Both the position numbers and the translations under genes were made by a program. Below the pieces are notes generated by a model, which worked only from the letters and a program-made list of their open reading frames with translations, had not been told where the DNA came from and did no database searches. A stretch of DNA of 12,580 bases from Paraspadella gotoi (lineage: Eukaryota; Animalia; Chaetognatha): the NCBI GenBank assembly GCA_051294375.1, contig JBJCIZ010001583.1:1-12580 (forward strand), given 5' to 3'. The first letter of the stretch is position 1; every line of letters starts with the position of its first letter. Below, piece after piece: positions 1-10,173 of this stretch.

Positions 1-80
1 CTCTCTTAGGAATTTAGTTGTATGTTTTATAATTTAGCGTTGCATTTCTTTTGCCCTAAAGCGATTTTACTTATCTTCTT

Positions 81-125
81 ACAACAACAGACAAACAACA
101 ACTAACAACTAACAACAACAACAAC
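81..125 (+). repeat. Imperfect (ACA)n microsatellite
   Basis: acaacaacag...aacaacaacaacaac. Confidence 0.85.
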
Positions 126-142
126 TGGCGCCTCCCGCGCAC

Positions 143-257
143 GCGGTTTTCTCGAGAGTCACTAAATTCCTCGCTTCCCATCACCAGGCCCAGCCCAGCC
201 GCCAGCACCCTGGACCACCGCGCGCTGATTTGCGCGTCTCTGGGCCGATTTTCGTCG
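143..257 (-). CDS. Weak candidate exon (DENRPRDAQISARWSRVLAAGLGLVMGSEEFSDSRENR)
   Basis: GC/CpG-rich island in AT-rich flanks with an open frame. It has cccag| at 258 with a poor pyrimidine tract and a possible donor CGC|GTGCGC at 143. Confidence 0.3.
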
Positions 258-311
258 CTGGGCTCAAAAATTAACCACTGATCCTTTTCGATCACAATAT
301 TAAATATTTGG

Positions 312-492
312 GATAAAGATTAAGATAAAGATTAAGATAAAGATTAAGATAAAGATTAAGATAAAGATTAAAATAAAGATTAAGATAAAGATTAAGATAA
401 AGATTAAGCTAAAGATTAAGATAAGGATTAAAATAAAGATTAAGATAAAGATAAGATAAAGATTAAGATAAAGATTAAGATAAAGATTAAGT
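312..492 (+). repeat. 12-bp tandem repeat (GATAAAGATTAA)n, about 15 copies
   Basis: Direct reading shows a few variant units and a phase slip near 445-455. It produces the spurious ILIF/LNLY ORF 300..602. Confidence 0.97.
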
Positions 493-646
493 TCTTGGAT
501 TAAGAAAAAAAAAGTCCTAATTTCTTCACAATCTACATCAAATTTATTTCCGGCATTCCGACGTCCGGTTTTTTTTCTCTTCCGGCAAAAACTCCACTTC
601 ATCCCGGCGACTTTCGCCGTCGTTAACCGACTCCGCCATCGACGGG

Positions 647-681
647 AAACATCACAAACATCACAAACATCACATCACAAC
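647..681 (+). repeat. 9-bp tandem repeat (AAACATCAC) x3 plus a partial copy
   Basis: aaacatcac aaacatcac aaacatcac atcacaac. Confidence 0.85.
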
Positions 682-691
682 AGAAACTCAC

Positions 692-782
692 CGACAATTC
701 AGCGCCGAATCGTCTCGACCAAAACTTGTGGTGGTTGTTGTTGTTGTTGTTGTCGTTCACTTTGGATCTCTTTAGCCACAAA
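692..782 (-). CDS. Candidate small internal exon with (ACA/AAC)n run (poly-Thr, poly-Asn or poly-Gln depending on frame)
   Basis: A long (CT)n tract is followed by cccgtcttcag| at 783, and there is a perfect donor TCG|GTGAGT at 692/691. The reading frame is undetermined. Confidence 0.5.
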
Positions 783-817
783 CTGAAGACGGGACGAGAG
801 GGATTTTGTTGATCGGA

Positions 818-952
818 CAGGAGAGAGAGAGAGAGGGAGAGAGTGAGAGAGGGATGAAGAAAGAGACTGAGAGCAAATGAGAAAAGAAAGAGGGAAAGAG
901 AGTGAGAGGAAGGTTGGTGAGGTAGAAGGTAAAAAGAGAGAAGAGAGAGAGG

Positions 953-986
<34 letters not shown>
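818..986 (+). repeat. (GA)n / purine-rich microsatellite
   Basis: Direct reading. Confidence 0.95.
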
Positions 987-990
<4 letters not shown>

Positions 991-1370
991 TATTTAATCT
1001 CTCTTTTCTATCCGGGTTCCGTTTCGCGATTTTTCTCACAACAAAAACTTTTCATTTCACTTCCGCCTTTGGCCACAGTCGGACGCTATTTTTCTCCCCT
1101 TCAACTATGCGATTTATGTACTTTAAATTCAAAGAGTATTTGAAAACTCAAGTATTTTATTTTTAAAAAAATACGACCAGCTCTCATATTATTGATTGAA
1201 AATAATACAAAAAACAATCTCAGATGTCGGTCAAAATGAGGTAAATAGACAACAGTGAACGAATTTATCGTTCAAACGCAGGAGATAATTATAAAACATA
1301 TTTCGTGTTGTTCATTATCCAACTGATCTCGTTTTAAATTCTACCACAAACTCAAGGGCAAAAGTGAGTG

Positions 1371-1387
1371 TGAGAAAGAGAGAGAAG

Positions 1388-1461
<74 letters not shown>

Positions 1462-1482
1462 AGAGAGAGAGAGAGAGAGAGA
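1371..1482 (+). repeat. (GA)n microsatellite
   Basis: Direct reading. Confidence 0.98.
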
Positions 1483-2778
1483 ACCATAATGTTTTTATTA
1501 TTCCCGGATCGAATTTGCAAATTTAGTTTAAAGAGTCTCATTATTTATTTATTGATTACTTTTAGAAGGAGACGCAGCTAAAAATTTGATTTAAAAAATA
1601 AAGAGAAAATCGAATAGCATGTTTTAATATCAACACCCCTTCATATCTGTCACTAAATACACTTATCACTATTCCTTTACTAGTTTTATACCTTACTATT
1701 TTTACTGTCTAATCATTTATAAACAAAAATAAAAAACCATTGAAATTATATTTAGATATGATATTGTACTGAGAAAAGATAATGGATTGACATACCTACT
1801 AACCAACGATGCGTTTAGTTAGTAAGCCCTTTAAGCCTTTTTAACCTACAAAACATTTCATAATAATCGACTTGGACCATTTAGATGAAGAAAAATAATT
1901 CAATAACGTTTATAATGGAGGATTAATCTAATACGAATCAAAACAATAAAAATGAAAGCGAAAATGAAATTATTTTAAATTTTGTAAAAAGTATTATTTT
2001 ACAAATTCACGAAAGTAAAAAATCTTCATTGCTGATTATTGATTATTAAATAAACATTGTTCTATTCGGTGAAAATCTACAATGATTGCTAAACAATCAT
2101 TTTCCAATAATATACTTAAGAAAATAATAAAAAGGGCTAATCAAACTCTAACTTTTTAAACGTCAGAAAATTTAAATATATCAAAGTTGGGCAACAAGCT
2201 AAACTAAAACCTGTATAAATTACAAATTCGCGCACGTAAATCAATAATAAAATCCCAAAAAAAACCTATAAAAACTTATAAAAACCCTGCTGCATTGAAA
2301 TAATACTGTAACAAAAAATGTTGATACTATGTAACTTTGTCAACGGGGATATTCACATGCTCAATATTTCACAAAAAAAGAAAACTCGTGGCGAAATTGT
2401 CTATTTCAATCATAATTTTTGAAAGTATCCGGGTTTGCGTTTTTACAAGTGTAAAACTGAAACACTTACGAGTTTATCACAAGTTAGTTTGTCTTTTCTT
2501 TTACATAATATAAGAACTTTACATTTTAAAAATCTCCAAAAAAAATTTAGAATTTAGTGATTGAGCCCGGACCACTTAAACTGGGAGGTCGGGATCGGCA
2601 TAATCACAAAAAAAATCACACGAACACTAAAACTTAAAAAACGGGAAGTAAATTTTTCTCTTTCATATTTTTCTTTGATGCTTTTTTTAATCTGGAAAGA
2701 AAAGGTGAGGAAGAAATGACCACTTAAAATAACTATGAAACAATAAAAGAAAACTTCATGGGGTCTGAATTCTATAAA

Positions 2779-2817
2779 GAGTGAGAGAGAGAGAGACAGA
2801 GACAGAGACGAAGAGAG

Positions 2818-2852
<35 letters not shown>

Positions 2853-2866
2853 AGAGAAGAGAGAGA
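2779..2866 (+). repeat. (GA)n microsatellite
   Basis: Direct reading. Confidence 0.95.
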
Positions 2867-4255
2867 TACCAAAAAGAAATAAGAATAAAACCCAAATTTA
2901 TTGTGTGCAGAAGATGATAAAGCATAATTACTGTTACTATCGATTGTCCTTTGTTTGTCAATGGAAATCGAGTTTCAGCTCAACAGCGACTTACAGCATC
3001 TTTTATGCTACTGCATTTACGGGGCATCCCTAACGACTCACATAATTAACTCCGCCACGCGAGAACCAATTTAAATAATATAATGTATAATCAAAGATTG
3101 TATTGTTTTAATTTTTTTTTTAAGTTGAAAGCCTCCGGCCATTTGGCCCTTCGAACCACCAAGAATACCGCCTCCCTGATCCAAAGATGCATCATAGTTA
3201 TTGTTTCATGAGGATGTAAACTCGTATATATATAAATAGGAAAAGTTTTAAAAATAAAATATAAATATTATATAAAAATCGAGTTAAATTAACGGTAATA
3301 ATCAAACTAGGTCATCAAAAAAAAAAAGAATCCATAATTCGAAAGGCCTGAAAACTTTTTTTCTTCTTTTTTTTTTTTTCTTGTAATTGTTTTTGGTTGT
3401 TGTTTTTCTGTACAGCGCCTTCTTTTCGTCTGAAGAGCTCGATGTTTATGGATTCATTCCGACAGAGGCAGATGGAGATTAACTCCTTCTGTTCATGTTT
3501 TTCTTTAATTTGGATCACTTAACAGTTGACGTTTTAACGCCAAGAGGGGGGGACAGGGAAATATGGAAGAAGGGAGAGCGAGAGAGAGAAGAAATATTTG
3601 AAGGAACTGAAAACAAAAAGACGACCAGCGAATCACGATAGGTAAGAGTATTTTTGGTTGTTGTTTGTTGTTTGTTGTTCCATTCGTAATATATGAGGTT
3701 TTTTTTTTTTTCTAAAAAAAAACTACGAGCGGCGAATTTTCGAAATTTTCACTACGAAAAAAGAAGCACTTTTGAAGGTCGCGTGTGTGAAAGAAATAAA
3801 GTCAAGGGTTTTTATTGGTGGAAAGATGTTGAGTTGTCGAGGGAGGGGTTTTGAGTGTGATTGGCTCTGTGATATGATAAAAAGGTTTGTGATAAGAATG
3901 ATGGGGTTGAAGGAATAATCCTGTTAAAATATAAAAATAGTTTTCTCTCATATGAATTTTTTTCTTTTTGTTCGTAGTTCTTCAATTTTTTTTAAAATAC
4001 TTTCAGTTTTTCGAAGCTTCGAATTTTTTGAAATTTCTTTTTTTTTCTCTTCAATAAATCCGAGGGAAAAAATATATTGAAGAGGTGGGACAATTTTCAC
4101 AACCGCGTAATTGGGATTTTTATCAACGTACACTGTATTCAATGTATCAACAATCGCAGGAAACTAAACGTAAAAAATCCAGTATGAATTTTATTTGTAT
4201 CATGTTGGCTCGATTTGTTAACGAAGCGGGTCTCGATCGGCCGACCCTTCCCGGA

Positions 4256-4351
4256 TCAAAATCCGGTTCGGAAAGAAGGTTCCGGTGAAAAGGTGGTGGT
4301 ACATGTAGCCTGGAAGATGAGACGCTTTTGTGAAGTAAGAATGAGCCAAAC
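4256..4351 (-). CDS. Exon with putative ZP-N Cys4 (VWLILTSQKRLIFQATCTTTFSPEPSFRTGF); 3' end uncertain
   Basis: Acceptor ttccctcag| at 4352, in phase 0 like the previous exon's end. LIFQATC resembles the final ZP-N strand (F/Y-x-V-x-C). TGA at 4258-4256 follows a T run and may be an indel artefact, since another frame continues DFDPGRVGRSRPASLTNR. Confidence 0.5.
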   Translation of the reverse strand, partial: VWLILTSQKRLIFQATCTTTFSPEPSFRTGF

Positions 4352-4359
4352 CTGAGGGA

Positions 4360-4409
<50 letters not shown>

Positions 4410-4492
4410 GATTGATTATTGAATCATTCATTCATTCATCATTCATTCATGTCATTCATTCATTCATTCATTCTTCATTCCATTCGTTCATA
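4360..4492 (+). repeat. Compound tetranucleotide microsatellite (ATTG)n then (ATTC)n
   Basis: (attg)n at ~4360-4421 and (attc)n at ~4426-4490; together they fill most of the putative 4352-4512 intron. Confidence 0.97.
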
Positions 4493-4512
4493 TCATTAGA
4501 CGCTGGTTCTCC

Positions 4513-4622
4513 CTGCTTCAATTCGAGGATTGAGTGCGTTCCGAGGCGGTAGCTCCAGGTGGGAATGGACTCGGCACCACACCGTGCTATCATGAAACCG
4601 TTTTTGACAACATGGCTGCCGC
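4513..4622 (-). CDS. Exon with putative ZP-N Cys3 (GGSHVVKNGFMIARCGAESIPTWSYRLGTHSILELKQ)
   Basis: Acceptor caacttctcccag| at 4623. The 110 bp are open from phase 1 to phase 0 without correction and contain the ARCG motif. The donor reads CAG|GGAGAA and would be CAG|GTGAGA if one T was dropped (assumed). Confidence 0.55.
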
Positions 4623-5916
4623 CTGGGAGAAGTTGAAACGAATGTCGAATGGTCCGTTAGTCGGTCAAGAGGATAGAACGCTAATTTTTGCTCTCCTAAT
4701 AATCCATAATTATTGGTTTTCACGAAATATGGTACAAAGTAACAACCCATTTTAAAAAATTATTCATTTATTCAAAAAAAATTGCCCGCTTGACTTTGGA
4801 CACGGGACACGTAAGGTTGAAGTGAAAAGTTTGGAATCCAAATTTAACAAGTTATTATACTCTTGAAACTACATATTAGTGAAAACTAATCTGTCCTAAT
4901 TTAGTCGCCCAGTCAGCTTATTTTGTATATAGTGCTACCCTTTTACATTTTTTGACCAACTTAAATGAAAGTATCTTTTTAAAAAAGAATTATAGCTTCT
5001 TATATCAAAATTTTTTGCAAAAAATCCAAATCCTGATATTAATTTAAAAAAATGCATTTTGATTTTTTAGCACTATTATATACAAATATAGCTTCAAATG
5101 GATGGTGCCCACTAATGTATAAAATTAAAAAAGTAAAATTTTCTAAAGTATTTTTTGGTTTTTATGTTCATGTTTAATATGCTAAACTAATTTAAATAAA
5201 AATTTGATATTTTCACATCACTCTACTGAACAGGCTACGAATTGTTAAAGCCTCTATTCCTCTATACAAGACAATGAAATATGTTGCAGGACGCCTTCAA
5301 CTTTCAAATCCAGATCTCTCACGGTCCAGTTAATTATTTTCCATAGTCTTGCTCCTTGTTTTTTCTTTCATTTCATTCAAATTCTGTTTTTAGCAGTTGT
5401 TGGTAGGTACTTATAAGATTCGTGTCGGCCTCATTCTTATTTCATACAATATTTTACGTAGATAGAAAACCCATCCTAATTTCAATATCGCTTAATGAAT
5501 TTAATTCAGCTGTAAAAAGCCTTTGTTTTTAGTATAATTCATATTACAATCCGGGTTTCGGTTTACCTTTTGTTTGCCCTCTGGCCGAGACCGTGACCTT
5601 AAACTCGTAGGTTCCAACTTGACAGCACGTGTAGCGGCCCTGTGGCTGCGTTTGTAGTCCTGCACCGGACGTTTGTTAGGACCTTGGAAATTCATGTAAC
5701 ATTTACAGAAAGTATATTGTTGTTATTATTATTGTGTTTTTTAAGGTTTAATTTGTTCTTTGCTCAGATCCTTTGGCTCTGCCACTTGCAAGGCTTTAAA
5801 ATGTCGCTTTGCCACTAAACCAAAAAAAAAAAGTCGCTTTGGCCCTCCTGACCGACCTGAACCCCAATTCCTCATCGCCAACTGACGCCGGTTCAAAAGA
5901 TGATGTCCGTGTTCTC

Positions 5917-5990
5917 TTATGACGGGACGGCAAAGTTTCTTTGAGTCCGACGCAAAACGCGCTGCGTCCGCTCGCGAATTGCGGAGAATC
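5917..5990 (-). CDS. Candidate terminal coding exon (GFSAIRERTQRVLRRTQRNFAVPS*)
   Basis: Acceptor tttttttcccgcgcgatttccag| at 5991 within a CpG-rich island. Reading in phase 1, which matches the upstream donors, reaches TAA at 5919-5917. A possible donor CAG|GTCGGT at 5857 means it could instead be an internal exon. Confidence 0.4.
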
Positions 5991-6984
5991 CTGGAAATCG
6001 CGCGGGAAAAAAACATAAGGGAAATGGAAGACAAAATGAAACAATGGAATGAAATTCGGTTTTTTTTAGAAAGAAATGAAAGCTATTTAATGAAAATTTT
6101 ATTAGGTAAGTAGAGAGGTTCACACTAAAAAAACAGATTTTTTGTTTGTTTAAATGGTGTAAATTCCTGTTACTTAATTTAATATAACTACTTAATAATC
6201 ATCCAATACAAAGCAAAAACTGTATCAGTATATTAGTTTTAACTATGTAATTACTAACTTCATTTCAATTTAAAGAAATTTGTTTTCACCTTTAAATATG
6301 GAGTTTTTTAATCCGGAGAAACAAATGACTGAACAAATGAAGCACACGCACCAAGCGAAAAGTAAAAAAGTCAAAGAACGCTAAGCGGAAGCACAACAAA
6401 TGAACATGCGGGTAAAAATTTCGAATATAAATACTAAATATAAAATAAACAAAGAAACCTAATCACGTAAGGTAGAGATTTTTCCTCCGAAGCTAAAACG
6501 TTGAACGACGGAATTAAGTGCATGCAGGACGGGATTGTCTTTATTAAACTGTCGTATTCTTATTTTTAAAGTTTAAAGGTTGTATAATATTATTTACGTA
6601 AATTTAATATCCATGTTTTACCTATTTACAAATTTCTAAAAAATAGGGAATGTTAAATATTAAGTATGGATTTTGTAAATGTTCCTACTTTCTAACAACG
6701 TTGTTTACTGACTTTAACGAATAATGTATTCGAAATATTGACGGAAATTAATTGATAGCTATAATCATACAGGGTGGTTAAAAGCGTCTTTTCCAATTTC
6801 CTGGCGATTACAGTGTAGTAATTTTTTTTTAAACTGGGCCAGACCGCTTTTAAACAGCATGTATCTTTGATAGGAGCAAATAGAGGGAAAGAAAATATAG
6901 ATGAATAGAATGATAGACCTATACAGATAAAGGAATGGAGGATATATAAAACAGAGTAATGAAGGAAAGAGAAACAATATAGGA

Positions 6985-7164
6985 GAGATACATAGATTAG
7001 ATAGATAGATAAGATAGATAGATAATAGATAAGATAGATAGATAGATAGATAGATAGATGATAGATAGATATAGATTAGATAGATACAGATACAGTTTTA
7101 ATTATATGCAGGTGAATAGAATAGAAGTTAGATACTTAGATAGATACATAGATACATAGACATA
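6985..7164 (+). repeat. (GATA)n / (GATACATA)n microsatellite
   Basis: Direct reading. Confidence 0.92.
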
Positions 7165-7240
7165 ATAATATTAAATAATAAAAAATTGTAATAAAAATAA
7201 TATTACTAATAATTAATAATAATAATATTAATTAATAATA
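7164..7240 (+). repeat. Imperfect (AAT)n microsatellite
   Basis: Direct reading. Confidence 0.85.
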
Positions 7241-7359
7241 AACAAGTTTGCATAAAGGGATAGGAAGGTAAAGATGAGTTGAGGACTATAATCTCTAAAT
7301 AGAAATAGATAGGTAAAAGGAGAGAGAGACCGTATAGCGGTGGAGGGGAACTTCTTAAC

Positions 7360-8015
7360 CTGTGACGGCGTTGAAAACATCGCGTCCCTCAAGAGAGGAA
7401 GAGGAGGAGGAAGAGGAGAAGGAGGAGTCACGCGCCGAGAAGGGAAGGGCGTTCTGGTTTGAGGAAGTGGGGCGGTGGGAGCGGGGTGGGGCAGGCAAAC
7501 GTGTCGATGTGTTGGTCGTCGTCGTGGTCGGGAAGTCGTTAGCGCAATTTCCCGAGAAATTGGATGGAGGAAGAAGGAGAGAAGATGAGGAGGAGGAAAA
7601 AGGAGGAAGGAGAGCCGGGTCGAAGGAGGGAGAAAGCGAGGTAAGAGGAGAGAGCAGAGAGAGGAGGAAAGAAGAAGGAAAAGAGAGAGACCCGGGGAGG
7701 AAGAAAAAGAGGAAGAAAGGAGGAAAGGAATAAACGACGAGGAGGTTCGAGGGAAGGAGAGACGGAGGAAGAAGGAGAGAAGTGACGGAGGAAAGCGGGC
7801 GGAAGATTCGTCGTCGTCGTCGTCGTAATCGTCAGTGATTGAACGGTCCCGTCAATCAATTGTCGAGTCGAGGAAAGATGAGGAAGGAGGGGTAGGAGGA
7901 AGAGGAAGAGGAAGAGGGGGAGGAAGGAGCGGTTTTTAGATCGCAAATTGGTTGGAATTCGCGCGTAAGATTTGGATTTGTCGCGACCCGACGCGCGGAG
8001 GGGGGTTTTTTTTCC
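7360..8015 (-). CDS. Large Ser/Thr/Pro-rich low-complexity candidate exon (frameshifted in this sequence)
   Basis: Acceptor tttgtctcctccgccgccgcag| at 8016. CpG-rich non-repetitive segments alternate with (TCC/TCT)n and (ACG)n triplet runs. It begins GKKTPLRASGRDKSKSYARIPTNLRSKNRS and ends ...SARDSSFSSSSSSSSLEGRDVFNAVT-G. The donor is ACAG|GTTAAG at 7360 (phase 1). No single frame is open throughout. Confidence 0.5.
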
Positions 8016-8096
8016 CTGCGGCGGCGGAGGAGACAAAGTCACCACAAAAAAAAAACGCTATTATGTCGCGTACGAAACAAAATAGCCAAGAAGCTG

Positions 8097-8925
8097 TTTT
8101 TTGATTAAATGGACAGTAGCTTAAAGTTATGGTTAAATGGTAGCGTAAGCGAAAAGCAATTAATTAAGTGGAAAAAGTAAGCGGGAAGCCATTTAATTAA
8201 GTGACAAAGTAGCGAAAAGCATTTAATTAAGTGGACAAAGTAAAGCGGGAAGGCATTTAATTAAGTGGCAACAAAAGTAAGCGGGGAAGATTCTTGATTA
8301 AATAAACAGTAAGCTTAAGTTCATAGTTAAATGGAAAATGTAACGGGCTTTTTAGATTAAATTTGACAAAGAATTGCGGAAGTTTGATTTAAATGGACAA
8401 GTAAGCGAAGGCTTTTTGATTTATTGGACAAAGTCCAGCATGAGCTTTATGATTAAGTGGACATAGTAAATGAGAAGCTTTTTTGTTGATTGGACAAAGT
8501 AAGCGGAAACTCTTTTGATTATTGGAAAAAGTAAGTCGGGAAGAATTTTTTGATTTGATGGGACAAAGTAAACGAGAAAGTTATTTTTGATTAATGGACC
8601 AAAGTAAGCGGAAGATTTTTTGATTGATTTGGACAACAGTAAGCGGGAAGCTTTTCGTTCAAATGGACGTCAAGTAGTCGAAAGCTTAGATTAAAGACAA
8701 GTAGCGGGAAGTTTTAGATTAAATGGGCACCAGGTAAGTGGAAGATGCAGTTAACTTAAACAAATTAGATTTGAAATGTTTGTGAATTAAATGGACAAAA
8801 TAGGGAAGCCTTTTGAACAAAGTGGACAAAGTAAACAGAAATCTTTTCATATAAATGGACCACAAAAACGGCATGCTTTGGAACATGTACAATAAAACGC
8901 CAGCGTAATGGATATTGACAAAAGT
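8097..8925 (+). repeat. ~33-bp minisatellite, about 25 diverged copies, consensus approx. TTTTGATTAAATGGACAAAGTAAGCGGGAAGC
   Basis: GGACAAAGTAAGC-like cores recur at ~8111, 8169, 8202, 8233, 8267, 8395, 8426, 8459, 8492, 8524, 8561, 8596, 8631, 8793 and 8824, among others, and decay at the right end. Confidence 0.93.
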
Positions 8926-9438
8926 ACCAGAATGGACTGGAGGTTTAAATTAAATAGTTATAGCGCTTTCTTCAACTATATATTGGACAAAGTTCAAACC
9001 CAAATTTAAGTTAAAACCAAAAGTATTTTTCTTAGATCATTTAGTCGAACACAACGCATAAACTGGTTCACACAAAGATTCATGTATTGATGTACATATC
9101 AATTTTAAGCCAACGTAAGTAAGATTAAGGGGGATTAAAAAGAATAAGAAATTTAATTGGAGAGGATGTTATATTTCACAAATAAAGAAAAACCGAAAAA
9201 ATTTACATTAAGATTATTTATACATTCTTCCTTAAACGAAAAAGTTGTTTTGAGTTGTGAATTTATTTAGTTATAACTAAATTTACTTCATTATTCAGGA
9301 GAAACCTTGTCTTAGAAGAAAAAAAAATTCCACACTTTACAGTTATATTTTGTAATTCTTTGATGCTTGAATACATTGCATCCAAAGTAAAGATGAAATT
9401 CATGAATTTTACGAAGGTGATACGGCCAATACGAATGT

Positions 9439-9521
9439 TTTTTAAGAGAGTTTTAAGATTTTAAGAGGTTTTAACGTTTTAAGGGTTTTCAGAGTTTTTA
9501 GAGGTTTCAACGGGTTTTAAG
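9439..9521 (+). repeat. Degenerate 8-11 bp repeat (TTTTAAGAGG)n, about 8 copies
   Basis: ttttaagagag ttttaaga ttttaagagg ttttaacg ttttaaggg ttttcagag tttttagagg. Confidence 0.8.
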
Positions 9522-9710
9522 TATAGACAACGATGAGGATATTTCGGACGATAATAGAAATATAAGTAATGATGTAAATATAACAAAATAATTGAAGATA
9601 TAAACTAAAGACAAAAAACAAAAAAAACATTTCTTATTGGACCAACATAAAAAAAAAACAACTAAAAACCTAGAGAACGAGGAAATGAAAAAAGGGAGAC
9701 CGTCGCTTAC

Positions 9711-9873
9711 CGGCAGACCCGGTCACCGGGCAAGTCCCGGCTCTCCTCTCGCCCGCCGGGATGCGGGCTGACCGGCCGGGCCGCGGGCGGGCCGACGATC
9801 GGCACCGAAACGGGGGCGACGCGGTCCTCGGCCGCACTTGATCTCCAGATGGCCACTGGGATGGGGGGCGCCC
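9711..9873 (-). CDS. GC-rich exon; putative first half of a ZP-N-like domain (Cys1 and Cys2)
   Basis: A (CT)n tract is followed by gcgacag| at 9874, and the donor is GCCG|GTAAGC at 9711/9710. Joining frames across homopolymer indels gives ...HPSGHLEIKC-(G)EDRVA(P)VSVPIVGPPAARPVS-RIPAGERRAGTCPVTGSA. LEIKCxEDRVxVSV resembles the ZP-N start (V-x-C-x-x-D-x-M-x-V-x-V). The exon itself is well supported; the domain call is an inference. Confidence 0.65.
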
Positions 9874-9900
9874 CTGTCGCGGGGGGGGAAGATGGGTTTG

Positions 9901-9901
9901 G

Positions 9902-9946
<45 letters not shown>

Positions 9947-9975
9947 GGAGAGAGCAGAAGAGAAGGGAAAAAGGA
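9901..9975 (+). repeat. (GA)n microsatellite
   Basis: Direct reading; it forms the pyrimidine tract of the 9873 acceptor on the minus strand. Confidence 0.95.
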
Positions 9976-10173
9976 AAAAGGATAGGAGAAAAACGCGAAA
10001 AAGAGATAAATAGAGTAAACATGAAATATTTATTAAAACTAAAAAAAAGAAAACAAATATTAGCAGGTTACAGGTTTCATAGCATCTAGAACAAACCATA
10101 TAACAAAGATAACGAAAATTACAACTCATTTGATACAGTTAAATACGTAAAAAATCAATACTTGTATTAGTAC

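Noticed and set aside
300-602. 100-aa hydrophobic ORF (ILIF repeats)
   Set aside because: It is a translation of the 12-bp tandem repeat.
605-619. CGGCGA-CTT-TCGCCG hairpin as a terminator or Helitron end
   Set aside because: A 6-bp stem is expected by chance in a CpG-rich patch, and there is no poly-T or CTRR at the expected distance.
765-1360. Similar motifs CCACAAACT(G/C)AAG before the GA tracts at ~776 and ~1344, as a duplicated exon
   Set aside because: Similarity is limited to ~13 bp and does not extend.
2570-2728. 11-bp direct repeat GACCACTTAAA (2570 and 2718) as a target-site duplication
   Set aside because: No terminal inverted repeats or poly(A) tail lie between the copies; it is likely chance.
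623-2961. SLSLSL / ERERER ORFs
   Set aside because: They are (GA)n microsatellite translations.
4223-4266. Two adjacent hairpins (GGGTC/GACCC; CCGGAT-CAAA-ATCCGG) as a ribozyme or tRNA/SINE
   Set aside because: The stems are only 5-6 bp, there is no hammerhead core or cloverleaf, and they lie in probable exon sequence.
7362-7733. Plus-strand Glu/Arg/Gly-rich ORF
   Set aside because: It is an antisense shadow of the Ser-rich minus-strand exon and has no plus-strand splice signals.
8097-8925. CRISPR-like array of ~33-bp repeats, and repeat-protein ORF 8421..8636
   Set aside because: Units are head-to-tail with no unique spacers, there are no cas genes, and the context is eukaryotic. The ORF simply reflects the ~11-codon period.
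9711-9873. FN3 (PxPxGxLEI...VSW) or Beat-type Ig (GxLxIKC) reading of this exon
   Set aside because: The FN3 Trp is not encoded and no other FN3/Ig exons were found. The four-Cys pattern across three exons fits ZP-N better, although this is not formally excluded.
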